Shown here piece after piece: positions 45,301 to 53,436 of a stretch of 64,000 nt of DNA. The stretch covers positions 35,968-99,967 of the forward strand of contig JAFZRE010000001.1 of NCBI GenBank assembly GCA_017620015.1, given 5' to 3'. The position numbers and the translations under genes were made by a program. Numbering within the stretch: position 1 is the first letter of the stretch; each line of letters opens with the position of its first letter. The notes under the pieces are model-generated. The model saw nothing but the letters and a program-made list of their open reading frames with translations, was not told the DNA's origin and searched no databases. The DNA is from Bacteroidales bacterium (lineage in GTDB: Bacteria; Bacteroidota; Bacteroidia; Bacteroidales; ML635J-15).

Positions 45301-46015
45301 CGAGCTGGCAGAGTCGGCACAAAAGCTTGCGGCTTCGGAACGCGAGTCGGCTTGGCGCGAAATGGCCCGTCAGATTGCCCACGAAATCCGCAATCCGCTT
45401 ACACCTATGAAGTTACGCATCCAGTATCTCGAACGCGCATATCAGGAGAATGCTCCCGGCTGGGAAAAGATGCTTGAGCAACTTCCACAAATGCTTATCG
45501 AACAGATAGATGTGCTTGACGCAACCGCTTCGCAGTTCTCCGAGTTCGCCAAGATGCAGGCACCGCACAAGAAGAAAGTCAATCTGTGCGAGGTGATTGA
45601 GAACATTGTCGATTTGCACAACGGAACCAACGGCGTTGAGGTTCGCAAGGTCTGCAATGTCGATGGCGAGGCTCTTGTTATGGTTGACCGCGACCAGATT
45701 CTGCGCGTGTTTACCAACTTGGTAAAGAACAGCATACAGGCAATTCCGGAAGATCGCAAGGGCGAAGTTGTGATTTCAATTTCCGACGATGGCGACCGTT
45801 ATTTTGTGTCGGTGCGCGACAACGGATGCGGCATTGCCGATGAAATAAAAGCAAAGATTTTCCAGCCCAACTTCACGACAAAATCGTCGGGAATGGGACT
45901 TGGATTAAGTATGGTAAAGAATATATTGTTTGGCAATGGTGTCGAAATCGACTTTGATACCGAAGTGGGCATTGGCACCGAGTTTAAATTGTATTTTGAG
46001 AAATGGAGAAATTAA
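42341..46015 (+). CDS. large multi-pass sensor histidine kinase (orphan)
   Basis: About 12 TM segments and two extracytoplasmic regions, a HAMP-like linker, the H box ARQIAHEIRNPLTPM, and N/G boxes NLVKNSIQA, DNGCGI, GMGLGLS. Confidence 0.85.
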   Translation: MKTKVVRILYFSLLSILAVVAAVFAIMPHGDGIVDVEELVDKQSLETLLQEKYLYISEKSDDALKIASTKSDSVNVEFFDSLAGDFSEKGIGFFHYERGRLQHWSTNDIPVPVEFKSSFGDRLVKLDNGLYLCGMKLEDNNAVVGLYQIRKEYSYENDMLVTSYGKDIDLPKKVVVSADSSDNSLSVRLPASDKNIYFGITDDNYMQDRLSLPQAMRICFLLIGLLLLYSIFEALARKYSSKSWIWVVAFVLVMLAVRFSLLAVGFFDDLSNLKMFSPELLSTSTLQASFGDMLLKVVIVGLVCIFFCRHFNVNLNVLENRRFSKTLTSIFFSVLVSVLSMLLVDFLVEIVADSSIPFNFANLSSPDGYGYMALVAVVTVIFIAIFIVRKIIQICDKLLEIRLILPLVLLILAAYTTVCWFNDNNVIVQTCLLWLMWSYLLYCMLKGKRTLLYRTILAIMVSLLVSYSISSRVQQKEAEAFKVLAYNMSAERDFDVEFNFIEFDNEMRGNKEITEFVKQYDFDSADSVINGIISSKKYLKRYDAQVTICADTDSLMLEDEGVSVGCFEYFRTLLLECGIVIPNTNFYYLDNNNGRQSYLGIFSVMVEPTVIVKIYIELNSKIFSEGLGYPDLLLDKRMALKHSDKKYDFARYSKGILVASRGSYKYLFSLAPESDFSEYSVSTSNGYKHFRYCPDSENTVILSKRDSGFSNVFIIFFFVLFGTFLVYMCRFAIVGIGRGKKIETASLGQRIRASFIGVLVVSLFLTMVVSVVFIVDTYEKRQNELVLDKVHSVAVELGHSINLDNLKSESPQYVDDILVYLSNILYVDINIYDVHGVLMSSSRHELFDKGLKGMFMDPSSYRHLIMNKDELFSHKERIDKVEYLSVYLPLKNNSNKVVAYLNLPYFAAEAGIEEEMSNYIAVFASIFLLLILVALIIGLLVSRQVTIPLSRLQNSIRGMEINSAKKLTYDRNDEIGLLIDEYNRKVDELAESAQKLAASERESAWREMARQIAHEIRNPLTPMKLRIQYLERAYQENAPGWEKMLEQLPQMLIEQIDVLDATASQFSEFAKMQAPHKKKVNLCEVIENIVDLHNGTNGVEVRKVCNVDGEALVMVDRDQILRVFTNLVKNSIQAIPEDRKGEVVISISDDGDRYFVSVRDNGCGIADEIKAKIFQPNFTTKSSGMGLGLSMVKNILFGNGVEIDFDTEVGIGTEFKLYFEKWRN

Positions 46016-48951
46016 AATTTTTTGTCGTAGTGCTTCTTATGGGAAGCCTTATGGTTTCGTGCAGCAAGAAGGCTGAGCGCTTCGAACTGCAGGACGAAAA
46101 TCTTGTTGGATATGTCAACCCGATGGTTGGAACCGATGTACACGGACATACATTTCCGGGTGCGGTAATGCCTTTCGGAATGGTTCAGCTTAGTCCCGAT
46201 ACTCGCCTCGATGGCTGGGACGGTTGCAGCGGATACCATTACACCGATTCCGAAATTTACGGTTTCACGCATACCCACCTCAGCGGAACAGGTTGCTCCG
46301 ACTACGGCGATGTACTGCTGATGCCTATGTGCGGAAAGTTCTCGACCGACAACAAGGAATATTCGTCGCATTTCTCGCACGATACCGAAATCGCAGAGCC
46401 TGGCTACTACGCCGTGAAACTTTCCGACGATGACATTGATGTAGAACTTACTGTTTCTCCGCGTGTTGGTATGCACCGCTACAAGTTCAACCGCGAGGGC
46501 AAGCGCTACATTGTCCTCGACCTCGAACACCGCGATGTGGTTCTTGAGGCTGGTCTGCGCAAGCATTCCGACAACTGCTATACTGGTGTCCGCCGTTCGC
46601 ACGCATGGGCAGACAACCAGCACCTGTACTTTGCAATGCAATTTTCGACCGATGTCAGCATTGTGGAACCTGCCGATTTCGACTGGGAAAGCGATTCGCT
46701 CTGCCGTCCCGACAAGGCCGTTTATGTCTTTGAGGTTGCCGACAATGCTGTAAAAGAGGTGCTTGTAAAGGTTTCCATTTCGCAGGTTGACGAGGAAGGT
46801 GCGCTGAAGAATATGGAGCAGGAAGTTCCAAACTGGGATTTCGATGCTCTGCGCAAAGATGCTTCCGACGCTTGGAACCGCGAACTCAACAAGATTGTCG
46901 TTAAGGGCGGAAGCGAGGAACAGCGCAAGGTTTTCTACACCGCAATGTATCATTCGTTCATACAACCGACTTTGGCTCAGGATGTTGACCGTCGCTATCG
47001 CGGCACCGACCTGCAGGTTCACTCGAGCGACGACTTTACCGCATATACGGTTTTCTCGCTGTGGGACACTTATCGCGCAGCTCATCCGCTTTATACCATA
47101 ACACAGCAGGCTCGCTCGGTCGATTTCATCAAGACTTTCATTGCCGAATACTCGCAGGGCGGAAGGTTGCCAATGTGGGAACTTTCGTCGAACTACACGG
47201 GCTGTATGATTGGCTATCACTCTGTTCCGCCAATGGTTGATGCCTACTTCAAAGGCATAAAGTTCAAAAATCTTGAAAGCCTTGCACTCGAGGCTATGGT
47301 CGCTTCCGCAACCGCCGACGAACTTGGCAAGCGCGATTTTGCCCGCCACGGCTTCATGTCGGTGAACGAGGAACACGAATCGGTTTCGAAAAACCTTGAA
47401 TACGGATTTGACGACTGGTGTATAGCACAGTTTGCAAAATCGCAGGGCGACAAGGAAAAATATCGCGAATACATGATTAGAAGCCAGGCTTACAAACATA
47501 TTTTCGACAAGAGCTGCGGCTTTATGTGTCCGCGTCAGAACGGTGCATGGAAAGAAAAGTTCGACCCCAAGGAGATTGACTTTAATTTCACCGAGGCAAA
47601 TTCGTGGCAGTATTCGTTCTATGTTCCGCACGACATTCTCACTTTTATCGACCTTATGGGCGGCAACGAGGCTTTCGAGGCTAAACTAGACGAACTTTTC
47701 ACTACTGGTAGCGAAACTTTCGGCAAGGATCTGAAGGACATTTCGGGTATGATAGGCCAGTACGCACACGGCAACGAGCCAAGCCATCATATTGCTTATA
47801 TGTACAATTATTGCGGAAAACCAGCCAAGACGCAGAAGCTCGCACGACAGATAATGTCCGAAATGTACAATTCAACTCCTTCGGGCAACTGTGGTAACGA
47901 GGACTGCGGACAGATGTCGGCATGGTATGTGCTCAGTGCGATGGGATTCTACCCGGTAAATCCTGCCAATGGCGTTTACGACATCGGCAGTCCGATTTTC
48001 GACACCGTGCAGATTAACCTCGAAAACGGCAAGAAATGCCTGATTGTGGCTCACGACAATAGCCCCGAAAACATTTATGTAGCCAAGATGGAAATTAACG
48101 GAAAACCATACACAAAGTCTTACATTTTGCACTCCGACATTGCCGACGGGGCACGTATCGACTTCTATATGACTTCCGACGAAAACATTACCTTTGGCAG
48201 CAAACCCGAAGACATTTACCAGTCGCGCATCGAGGAGTTCAAGGTTGTACCGGCTCCGTATGCAAAAACTGGCGTTCGCACATTCCACGATTCGCTCAAG
48301 GTGGAACTTGCATGTATCGACGACAGCGCAAAAATCTATTATTCGATAAATAATGGCGGTGAAAAAATTTATTCCGAACCGTTAACCATCAACGAGACTA
48401 CCACTTTGACTTTCCATTCCGAGCGCGATGGCTACGAATCGTCAAAACCAGTGGAAGCCAAGTACATAAAGATAGACCGCGACCGCCGTATAAAATTGCA
48501 CAGCAAATATACGCCAGCATACAGTGCTGGTGGCAACGATGCTTTGGTTGACCATCTGCGTGGTGGCAACGACTTCCGTACTGGCGAATGGCAGGGCTAT
48601 CAAGGTCAGGACTTTGAGGCAGTTGTCGATTTGGGAGAGGTGAAGGAAATCAAGTCGGTTGAGACTGGTTTCATTCAGGATGTGAAATCGTGGATTCTTT
48701 TCCCGAAATATGTTGAGTATTACACTTCTACCGATGGTGTGAACTTCAAGAAGGTTGCCACTGTAAACCATAATGTTGCCGACAACGACTACCGCCAGCA
48801 GATTTACAATTTCCGCTGCGAACCGCAGAACTGCAAGGCGCGTTATGTGAAGGTTTTTGCAAAATATTACGGTATGCTTCCCGAATGGCATCTCGGTGCC
48901 GGTGGCGAAACGCATCTTTTCCTCGATGAAATTGAAATTGTTGAAAAATAA
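46003..48951 (+). CDS. GH92 family alpha-mannosidase lipoprotein with C-terminal F5/8 type C (discoidin)-like domain
   Basis: Lipobox MVSC. The GH92 N-terminal hallmark VNPMVGTDVHGHTFPGAVMPFGMVQLSPDT plus GNEPSHHIAYMY. The C-terminal approximately 150 aa are discoidin-like. Confidence 0.9.
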   Translation: MEKLKFFVVVLLMGSLMVSCSKKAERFELQDENLVGYVNPMVGTDVHGHTFPGAVMPFGMVQLSPDTRLDGWDGCSGYHYTDSEIYGFTHTHLSGTGCSDYGDVLLMPMCGKFSTDNKEYSSHFSHDTEIAEPGYYAVKLSDDDIDVELTVSPRVGMHRYKFNREGKRYIVLDLEHRDVVLEAGLRKHSDNCYTGVRRSHAWADNQHLYFAMQFSTDVSIVEPADFDWESDSLCRPDKAVYVFEVADNAVKEVLVKVSISQVDEEGALKNMEQEVPNWDFDALRKDASDAWNRELNKIVVKGGSEEQRKVFYTAMYHSFIQPTLAQDVDRRYRGTDLQVHSSDDFTAYTVFSLWDTYRAAHPLYTITQQARSVDFIKTFIAEYSQGGRLPMWELSSNYTGCMIGYHSVPPMVDAYFKGIKFKNLESLALEAMVASATADELGKRDFARHGFMSVNEEHESVSKNLEYGFDDWCIAQFAKSQGDKEKYREYMIRSQAYKHIFDKSCGFMCPRQNGAWKEKFDPKEIDFNFTEANSWQYSFYVPHDILTFIDLMGGNEAFEAKLDELFTTGSETFGKDLKDISGMIGQYAHGNEPSHHIAYMYNYCGKPAKTQKLARQIMSEMYNSTPSGNCGNEDCGQMSAWYVLSAMGFYPVNPANGVYDIGSPIFDTVQINLENGKKCLIVAHDNSPENIYVAKMEINGKPYTKSYILHSDIADGARIDFYMTSDENITFGSKPEDIYQSRIEEFKVVPAPYAKTGVRTFHDSLKVELACIDDSAKIYYSINNGGEKIYSEPLTINETTTLTFHSERDGYESSKPVEAKYIKIDRDRRIKLHSKYTPAYSAGGNDALVDHLRGGNDFRTGEWQGYQGQDFEAVVDLGEVKEIKSVETGFIQDVKSWILFPKYVEYYTSTDGVNFKKVATVNHNVADNDYRQQIYNFRCEPQNCKARYVKVFAKYYGMLPEWHLGAGGETHLFLDEIEIVEK

Positions 48952-48957
48952 GAAATT

Positions 48958-49371
48958 ATGAGAAATATTTGGCTCTTTTTGATTGCAGTTTTTGGCGTAT
49001 TGCTTTTTGCTTCCTGCGAAAAGGATGAAAACAAATTGGTTGTCACAAATCTTGAATACACCGACTGCCTTGAGCGTCCCAAAAACCTAAAAACCACAAT
49101 TACATATTACAACAATACCATTTCAATTTTGCATGAGTACCTCCCTGTCAATTGCAACTTCCAAGGCGTTCTTGTATCACCAACAATAGATGAGGAGAAC
49201 AAAATAATTGAGATAGATGTTGACCCGATTGTGGTGCAAGCGGATTTGGAATGTAAGTGCGAAATCAATGTTTCATACACTTTCGAGAATTTCTACAAGC
49301 GCAATGCCGACTATACATTTATAATCAGGGAAAACAACGAGGAAATTTATAGAGGTGAGGAAAGATTGTAG
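48958..49371 (+). CDS. small hypothetical lipoprotein
   Basis: Lipobox LFASC. 137-aa ORF lying 6 nt after the GH92 stop. Confidence 0.5.
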   Translation: MRNIWLFLIAVFGVLLFASCEKDENKLVVTNLEYTDCLERPKNLKTTITYYNNTISILHEYLPVNCNFQGVLVSPTIDEENKIIEIDVDPIVVQADLECKCEINVSYTFENFYKRNADYTFIIRENNEEIYRGEERL

Positions 49372-49374
49372 TGG

Positions 49375-49424
49375 GTTCAAAGTTTAAGGTTCAAAAAGTT
49401 CAAGGTTCAAAGATTTGAAAATTT
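49375..49424. repeat. GTTCAA(A/G)G word array
   Basis: gttcaaag tttaaggttcaaaaa gttcaagg ttcaaaga tttgaaaa, between convergent genes. Confidence 0.8.
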
Positions 49425-49459
49425 AGCTTACGCTGAGCTAAAGGTTGATGATTTGAAAA
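49420..49459 (-). repeat. partial third copy of the same element (core CGCTGAGCTAAAGGTTGATGAT)
   Basis: cgctgagctaaaggttgatgatt compares with cgcttagtgaactaagggttgatgatg (reverse complement of 24570-24600) and cgctgcgtgagctaaaggt (8278-8296). It contains the hairpin TTTAGCT/AGCTAAA. Confidence 0.4.
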
Positions 49460-50383
49460 TTAGAAAAATTTCGCCCTCTTTATCAGATATGGCTTCAGAA
49501 CCTCATCAACAGGCTTATTGATATCAGCTTCGACGAAATCTATTCCAAACAGACCACACTTGTATTTCAGTTCGGACGTAAGGGAATTAACCCGCTTTAC
49601 ATAACTGTCGCGCACCTCGGCGGGATTCAAGATTATCGTATTGCCGCTTTCCAAATCGACAAACTTGTACGGACGGTTTGCAAAGGCGAACTCCTCCTCC
49701 ATTTTCTTGTCAACCACGTGGAAAATTATAATCTCGTGCTTGCTGTACTTCAAGTGCTGCAATGCCGAAAACAACGCCTCGGTGTCGCCGTCAATGAACA
49801 TATCGCTAAAAAGTATCACCAATGAACGCTTGTGTATCATCTCGGCAATCTTGTGCAAGGTTCCAGCCGTGTCGGTACGCTGCTGCAACTGTATGCTTTC
49901 GGGATTCAGGAACTTGCGCATTTCGTTGTACATTATCAACAGATGCACCTGCGACGACTTGGCATCAAGATGAAACTTCACATCATCGTCGAAAAGTGTA
50001 AGTCCTACAGCATCGCGCTGCCTGTGAAGCAGATACACCAACGAAGCCGCAGCATATATGGAAAACTGCAACTTGTTCATACGCTTTTCCTTGTACGGGA
50101 ACAACATTGATGACGACACATCTATTATTATCTGTCCGCGCAGGTTGGTCTCCTCCTCGTAGCGCTTCACAAAAAGCTTATCGGTGCGAGCGTAGAGTTT
50201 CCAGTCGATATGCTTGGTGCTTTCGCCCTTGTTGTAGAGCCTATGCTCGGCGAACTCTACGGAAAAACCGTGGAACGGACTCTTGTGCAAACCCGTAATA
50301 AACCCTTCAACAACCTGACTTGCAAGAAATTCCAAGTTGTCGTACTGAGGAAACAATTCAAGATTCACATCCTTTGAGTCCAT
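49460..50383 (-). CDS. DUF58 (vWA-like) domain protein
   Basis: FHGFSVEFAEHRLYNKGESTKHIDWKLYARTDKLFVKRYEEETNL is the DUF58 core. Start set at ATG 50383 (MDSKD...). Confidence 0.8.
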   Translation of the reverse strand: MDSKDVNLELFPQYDNLEFLASQVVEGFITGLHKSPFHGFSVEFAEHRLYNKGESTKHIDWKLYARTDKLFVKRYEEETNLRGQIIIDVSSSMLFPYKEKRMNKLQFSIYAAASLVYLLHRQRDAVGLTLFDDDVKFHLDAKSSQVHLLIMYNEMRKFLNPESIQLQQRTDTAGTLHKIAEMIHKRSLVILFSDMFIDGDTEALFSALQHLKYSKHEIIIFHVVDKKMEEEFAFANRPYKFVDLESGNTIILNPAEVRDSYVKRVNSLTSELKYKCGLFGIDFVEADINKPVDEVLKPYLIKRAKFF

Positions 50384-50502
50384 AAGCGTAATTTTCGGGG
50401 AACAAAAATAACAAAAAAATGAATGTTCAAGCACATCTATTTTCTAAGCATTTCCATATAGACTTATTATTGCGGAATGCCATTTACATACGAATATTTT
50501 TG

Positions 50503-50510
50503 TAAATTTG
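50503..50510 (+). promoter_or_regulatory. -7 box TAAATTTG upstream of the RhuM gene
   Basis: Matches TAnnTTTG, 35 nt before ATG 50545. Confidence 0.5.
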
Positions 50511-50544
50511 CAATCAGAATTAACAATTAAGCATACCATATTCT

Positions 50545-51552
50545 ATGGATAAAATTGAAAACACTGGCGACATTATCATCTACCAGACCGAAGACGGCTT
50601 GACGAAGATAAATGTAAAATTGGACAATGATACCGTATGGCTTAACCAGCAGCAGATGGCAGAACTATACCAAAGTTCGAGAACCAATGTTGTTGAGCAC
50701 ATCAAACACATTTACGAAGAAGGAGAACTAAGCGAAGATTCAACTTGTCGGAAATTCCGACAGGTTCGATTGGAAGGAAACAGAGAGGTTAGCAGAGAGC
50801 TACCGTATTACAACCTCGATATGATTATTTCACTCGGCTACCGCATAAAATCAGCCATTGCCACCCGTTTCCGCATCTGGGCTACGCAGCGCTTAAAGGA
50901 GTATATGATAAAAGGTTTCACGATGGATGACGAGCGACTTAAAGGTAACGGCGGTGGCAACTATTGGAAAGAACTGCTCGACCGCATACGCGACATCCGT
51001 TCATCGGAAAAGGTGCTGTATCGTCAAGTGCTTGACCTATATGCTACAAGTGTAGATTACAATCCAAAGAGCGAAGACTCCATTATGTTTTTCAAAATGG
51101 TGCAAAACAAACTGCATTATGCAGCACACGGACACACTGCCGCCGAAGTCATCTACGAGCGTGCCGATGCGGAGAAGCCTTTTATGGGCTTGACTTCATT
51201 TTCAGGTGAACTTCCTGCTCTAAAAGATATTGGTATCGCCAAGAACTATCTGAACGAAAACGAATTGAAAATTCTTAACAACCTTGTTTCCGGTTACTTC
51301 GATTTGGCAGAAATCAATGCTTTGGAACACAAGCCTATGTATATGAGCGATTATGTACGACAGTTGGATTCTGTACTCACGTCGGGCAACCGCCCGCTAC
51401 TTGAAGGTGCAGGAAAAATCAGCCACGCTCAAGCAATGGAAAAGGCGACTGCCGAATACCGCAAATACCAGAACAACACCCTTTCGCCAGTGGAAGAAGC
51501 CTATTTTGAAACCATAAAGGAAACAGCCAAACTGGTGAAGAAAAAGAAATAA
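50545..51552 (+). CDS. RhuM family virulence/defence-island-associated protein
   Basis: IIIYQTEDGLTKINVKLDNDTVWLNQQQMAELYQSS...YNLDMIISLGYRIKSAIATRFRIWATQRLKEY matches the RhuM family pattern. Confidence 0.8.
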   Translation: MDKIENTGDIIIYQTEDGLTKINVKLDNDTVWLNQQQMAELYQSSRTNVVEHIKHIYEEGELSEDSTCRKFRQVRLEGNREVSRELPYYNLDMIISLGYRIKSAIATRFRIWATQRLKEYMIKGFTMDDERLKGNGGGNYWKELLDRIRDIRSSEKVLYRQVLDLYATSVDYNPKSEDSIMFFKMVQNKLHYAAHGHTAAEVIYERADAEKPFMGLTSFSGELPALKDIGIAKNYLNENELKILNNLVSGYFDLAEINALEHKPMYMSDYVRQLDSVLTSGNRPLLEGAGKISHAQAMEKATAEYRKYQNNTLSPVEEAYFETIKETAKLVKKKK

Positions 51553-51645
51553 TGCAAAAAAATACAAATTCCCTGTAATAAATCCCGACCCTTTGTTGTC
51601 TAACATGATGAACGTTGCAACGAAAACGAATAAATTAAAAGAATC

Positions 51646-52125
51646 ATGAACAACGACAAAGAACATAAGTTTGAACTTCTGGTACGGCAGCACAAGCGAA
51701 CCATCTACACGGTGTGCTATATGTTTTCGACCAACAAGGACGAAATCGACGACTTGTTCCAGGAAATCCTTATCCGGCTTTGGAACGGCTTCGACCAGTA
51801 CGAAGGCCGTAGCAGCGCAGAGACGTGGATTTACCGCGTGGCGCTCAACACAGCCATCAATCAGGACAAGAAGGAGCGCCGTCGTCCCGAGACCGTTCCG
51901 CTGACAGTGAACATCGACCCCTACGAGGCCGACAATCCTCAAACTCAGCAGATCCGCATCCTCTACGACCGCATTTCGCGCCTCGACCTTATCGACCGAA
52001 GCCTTATCCTGCTTTGGCTCGAAGGCATCAGCTACGATGAAATTGGAGCAATAATCGGCATCTCTCCCAACAATGTTGGCGTAAAACTGGCCCGTATCAA
52101 GGAAAAACTGGTAAAAATGTCGTAA
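51646..52125 (+). CDS. ECF-type RNA polymerase sigma-70 family factor
   Basis: Region 2 (DDLFQEILIRLWNGFDQYEG...TWIYRVALNTAIN) and region 4 HTH (SYDEIGAIIGISPNNVGVKLARIKEKL). Confidence 0.85.
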   Translation: MNNDKEHKFELLVRQHKRTIYTVCYMFSTNKDEIDDLFQEILIRLWNGFDQYEGRSSAETWIYRVALNTAINQDKKERRRPETVPLTVNIDPYEADNPQTQQIRILYDRISRLDLIDRSLILLWLEGISYDEIGAIIGISPNNVGVKLARIKEKLVKMS

Positions 52126-52144
52126 AAAATGAAAGGGAATCATC

Positions 52145-53365
52145 ATGAAAAATAAAGAAAACAATAATCAGAACGAACTCGACCTGCTGAAAGTGCAGTA
52201 CGAAGAACTGAAACAGCGTTTCGAACAGCAGGAAATCGTCAACGACCGTCTGATGAAAACGGCTATCCAAACCGACATCAATTTCTTCACAAGAAACAGA
52301 AAAGTGGCGATGATAGTATATCCAATCCTAGCGGTACTGATGTACATTTACTTTGAAGTTATGGGATTTCGTGCTTTCGGAATCATATTGGTAGTTTTGA
52401 TTGCGATATGCACATTTGTTGAGCTCTGGCTCACCCGCAACACCCGCCAGAATGTGGTTGACAACTCCGACTTGCTCACTCTTTCACGAAACATTCAGAA
52501 ACTCAAGACCGGATATTCAATTTACGTGGCTATATGGCTGTTCGTATGTTTCGTATTCGGCGCCGCATTTACATTCCAATATGTTACCCGTCAAGGTCTT
52601 GATGGTGCAAGTTTCACGAATGTGATATGGGCTTTGGTATTTATGGGGTTGCTGTTGCTGGTTTTTGGCATTGTGGCTTATCGCAATTTCGTCGGCCATT
52701 GCAACGATGTAATCCGTCAAATCGAGTCCTACGACGGCAAACCGCAGCCAAAGAGCCAGCGTACATTTCTGCTTTTCCTCGGCAGTATGATTGTTGCCTT
52801 TGGCATCGTAATTTTACTTGTCACCTTTGCTTTGCGCCCTACCACATTTGTCCGCGCAGAAAACAACCTCACCACCGAAGGCAAACTGGAATTTTGGGAA
52901 GTCTATGCCGACACGCTTGTTTCTCCCGATAGCACCAAAATCGTTATGGAACAATGGATGCAAAGTGATTCAATAGTTGTTATGAAAAGCGAGTTGCCTG
53001 CAGATGAGAATCAGCAAAACTCAAGAATTTTTGCCTTGAAAAAGGCAACATCACAAGGTCCGGCTATCAGTTCCGATGTTATGGGAGGCAAGCCGATAAT
53101 ACAAAGTGTAGAAACATCTGGTTTCAATCAGAATGAAGAAGACTATGTTCCAATTATTGTTCGGTTGACACCCGATGCAAGCCAACTTTGGTCGCAATTT
53201 ACCAGAGAGATAGCAGGTCATAATGCAGCGCTTGTAATTGATGGGGTCGTAGTTCAGGAATGGTACGTCCAGTGCGAAATTAATAATGGTCAATTATTCA
53301 TCATGCAAAAACGCACTTCGGATGACGAACTGAAGGAGTTCTGCGAGATGCTGATAAGACAATAG
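52145..53365 (+). CDS. membrane protein, candidate anti-sigma/sensor partner: coiled-coil N-terminus, about 5 TM helices and an extracytoplasmic SecD-P1-head-like domain
   Basis: Lies 19 nt downstream of the ECF sigma gene. The C-terminal VRLTPDASQLWSQFTREIAGHNAALVIDGVVVQEWYVQCEINNGQLFI resembles the SecD P1-head pattern (...lAIvLDG.v.saP.i...I.gG...I). This is recognition by eye only. Confidence 0.55.
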   Translation: MKNKENNNQNELDLLKVQYEELKQRFEQQEIVNDRLMKTAIQTDINFFTRNRKVAMIVYPILAVLMYIYFEVMGFRAFGIILVVLIAICTFVELWLTRNTRQNVVDNSDLLTLSRNIQKLKTGYSIYVAIWLFVCFVFGAAFTFQYVTRQGLDGASFTNVIWALVFMGLLLLVFGIVAYRNFVGHCNDVIRQIESYDGKPQPKSQRTFLLFLGSMIVAFGIVILLVTFALRPTTFVRAENNLTTEGKLEFWEVYADTLVSPDSTKIVMEQWMQSDSIVVMKSELPADENQQNSRIFALKKATSQGPAISSDVMGGKPIIQSVETSGFNQNEEDYVPIIVRLTPDASQLWSQFTREIAGHNAALVIDGVVVQEWYVQCEINNGQLFIMQKRTSDDELKEFCEMLIRQ

Positions 53366-53390
53366 AAATAAAGTTCTGATAATTGACACA

Positions 53391-53420
53391 AAAAAGGCTT
53401 GCCTCTGCAAGCCTTTTCTA
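53391..53420. terminator. bidirectional rho-independent terminator between the convergent anti-sigma-like and GH57 genes
   Basis: AAGGCTTGC-ctct-GCAAGCCTT flanked by an A-run upstream and a T-run downstream. Confidence 0.85.
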
Positions 53421-53436
53421 TTTCCTTTGGAATCCA

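Noticed and set aside
46012-47631. Very long antisense ORFs opposite real genes: 539 aa opposite GH92, 57674..58999 (441 aa) opposite the debranching enzyme, 6609..7637 (342 aa) opposite M64, 54980..55930 (316 aa) opposite the glycosyltransferase, 43943..44845, 10441..11316, 11993..12781, 9216..10010 and 51397..52164.
   Set aside because: Each lies entirely within a gene that has clear family motifs on the other strand. Their translations are R/H/C/V/L-rich low-information sequence with no recognisable motifs. Long stop-free antisense frames are an expected by-product of codon bias.
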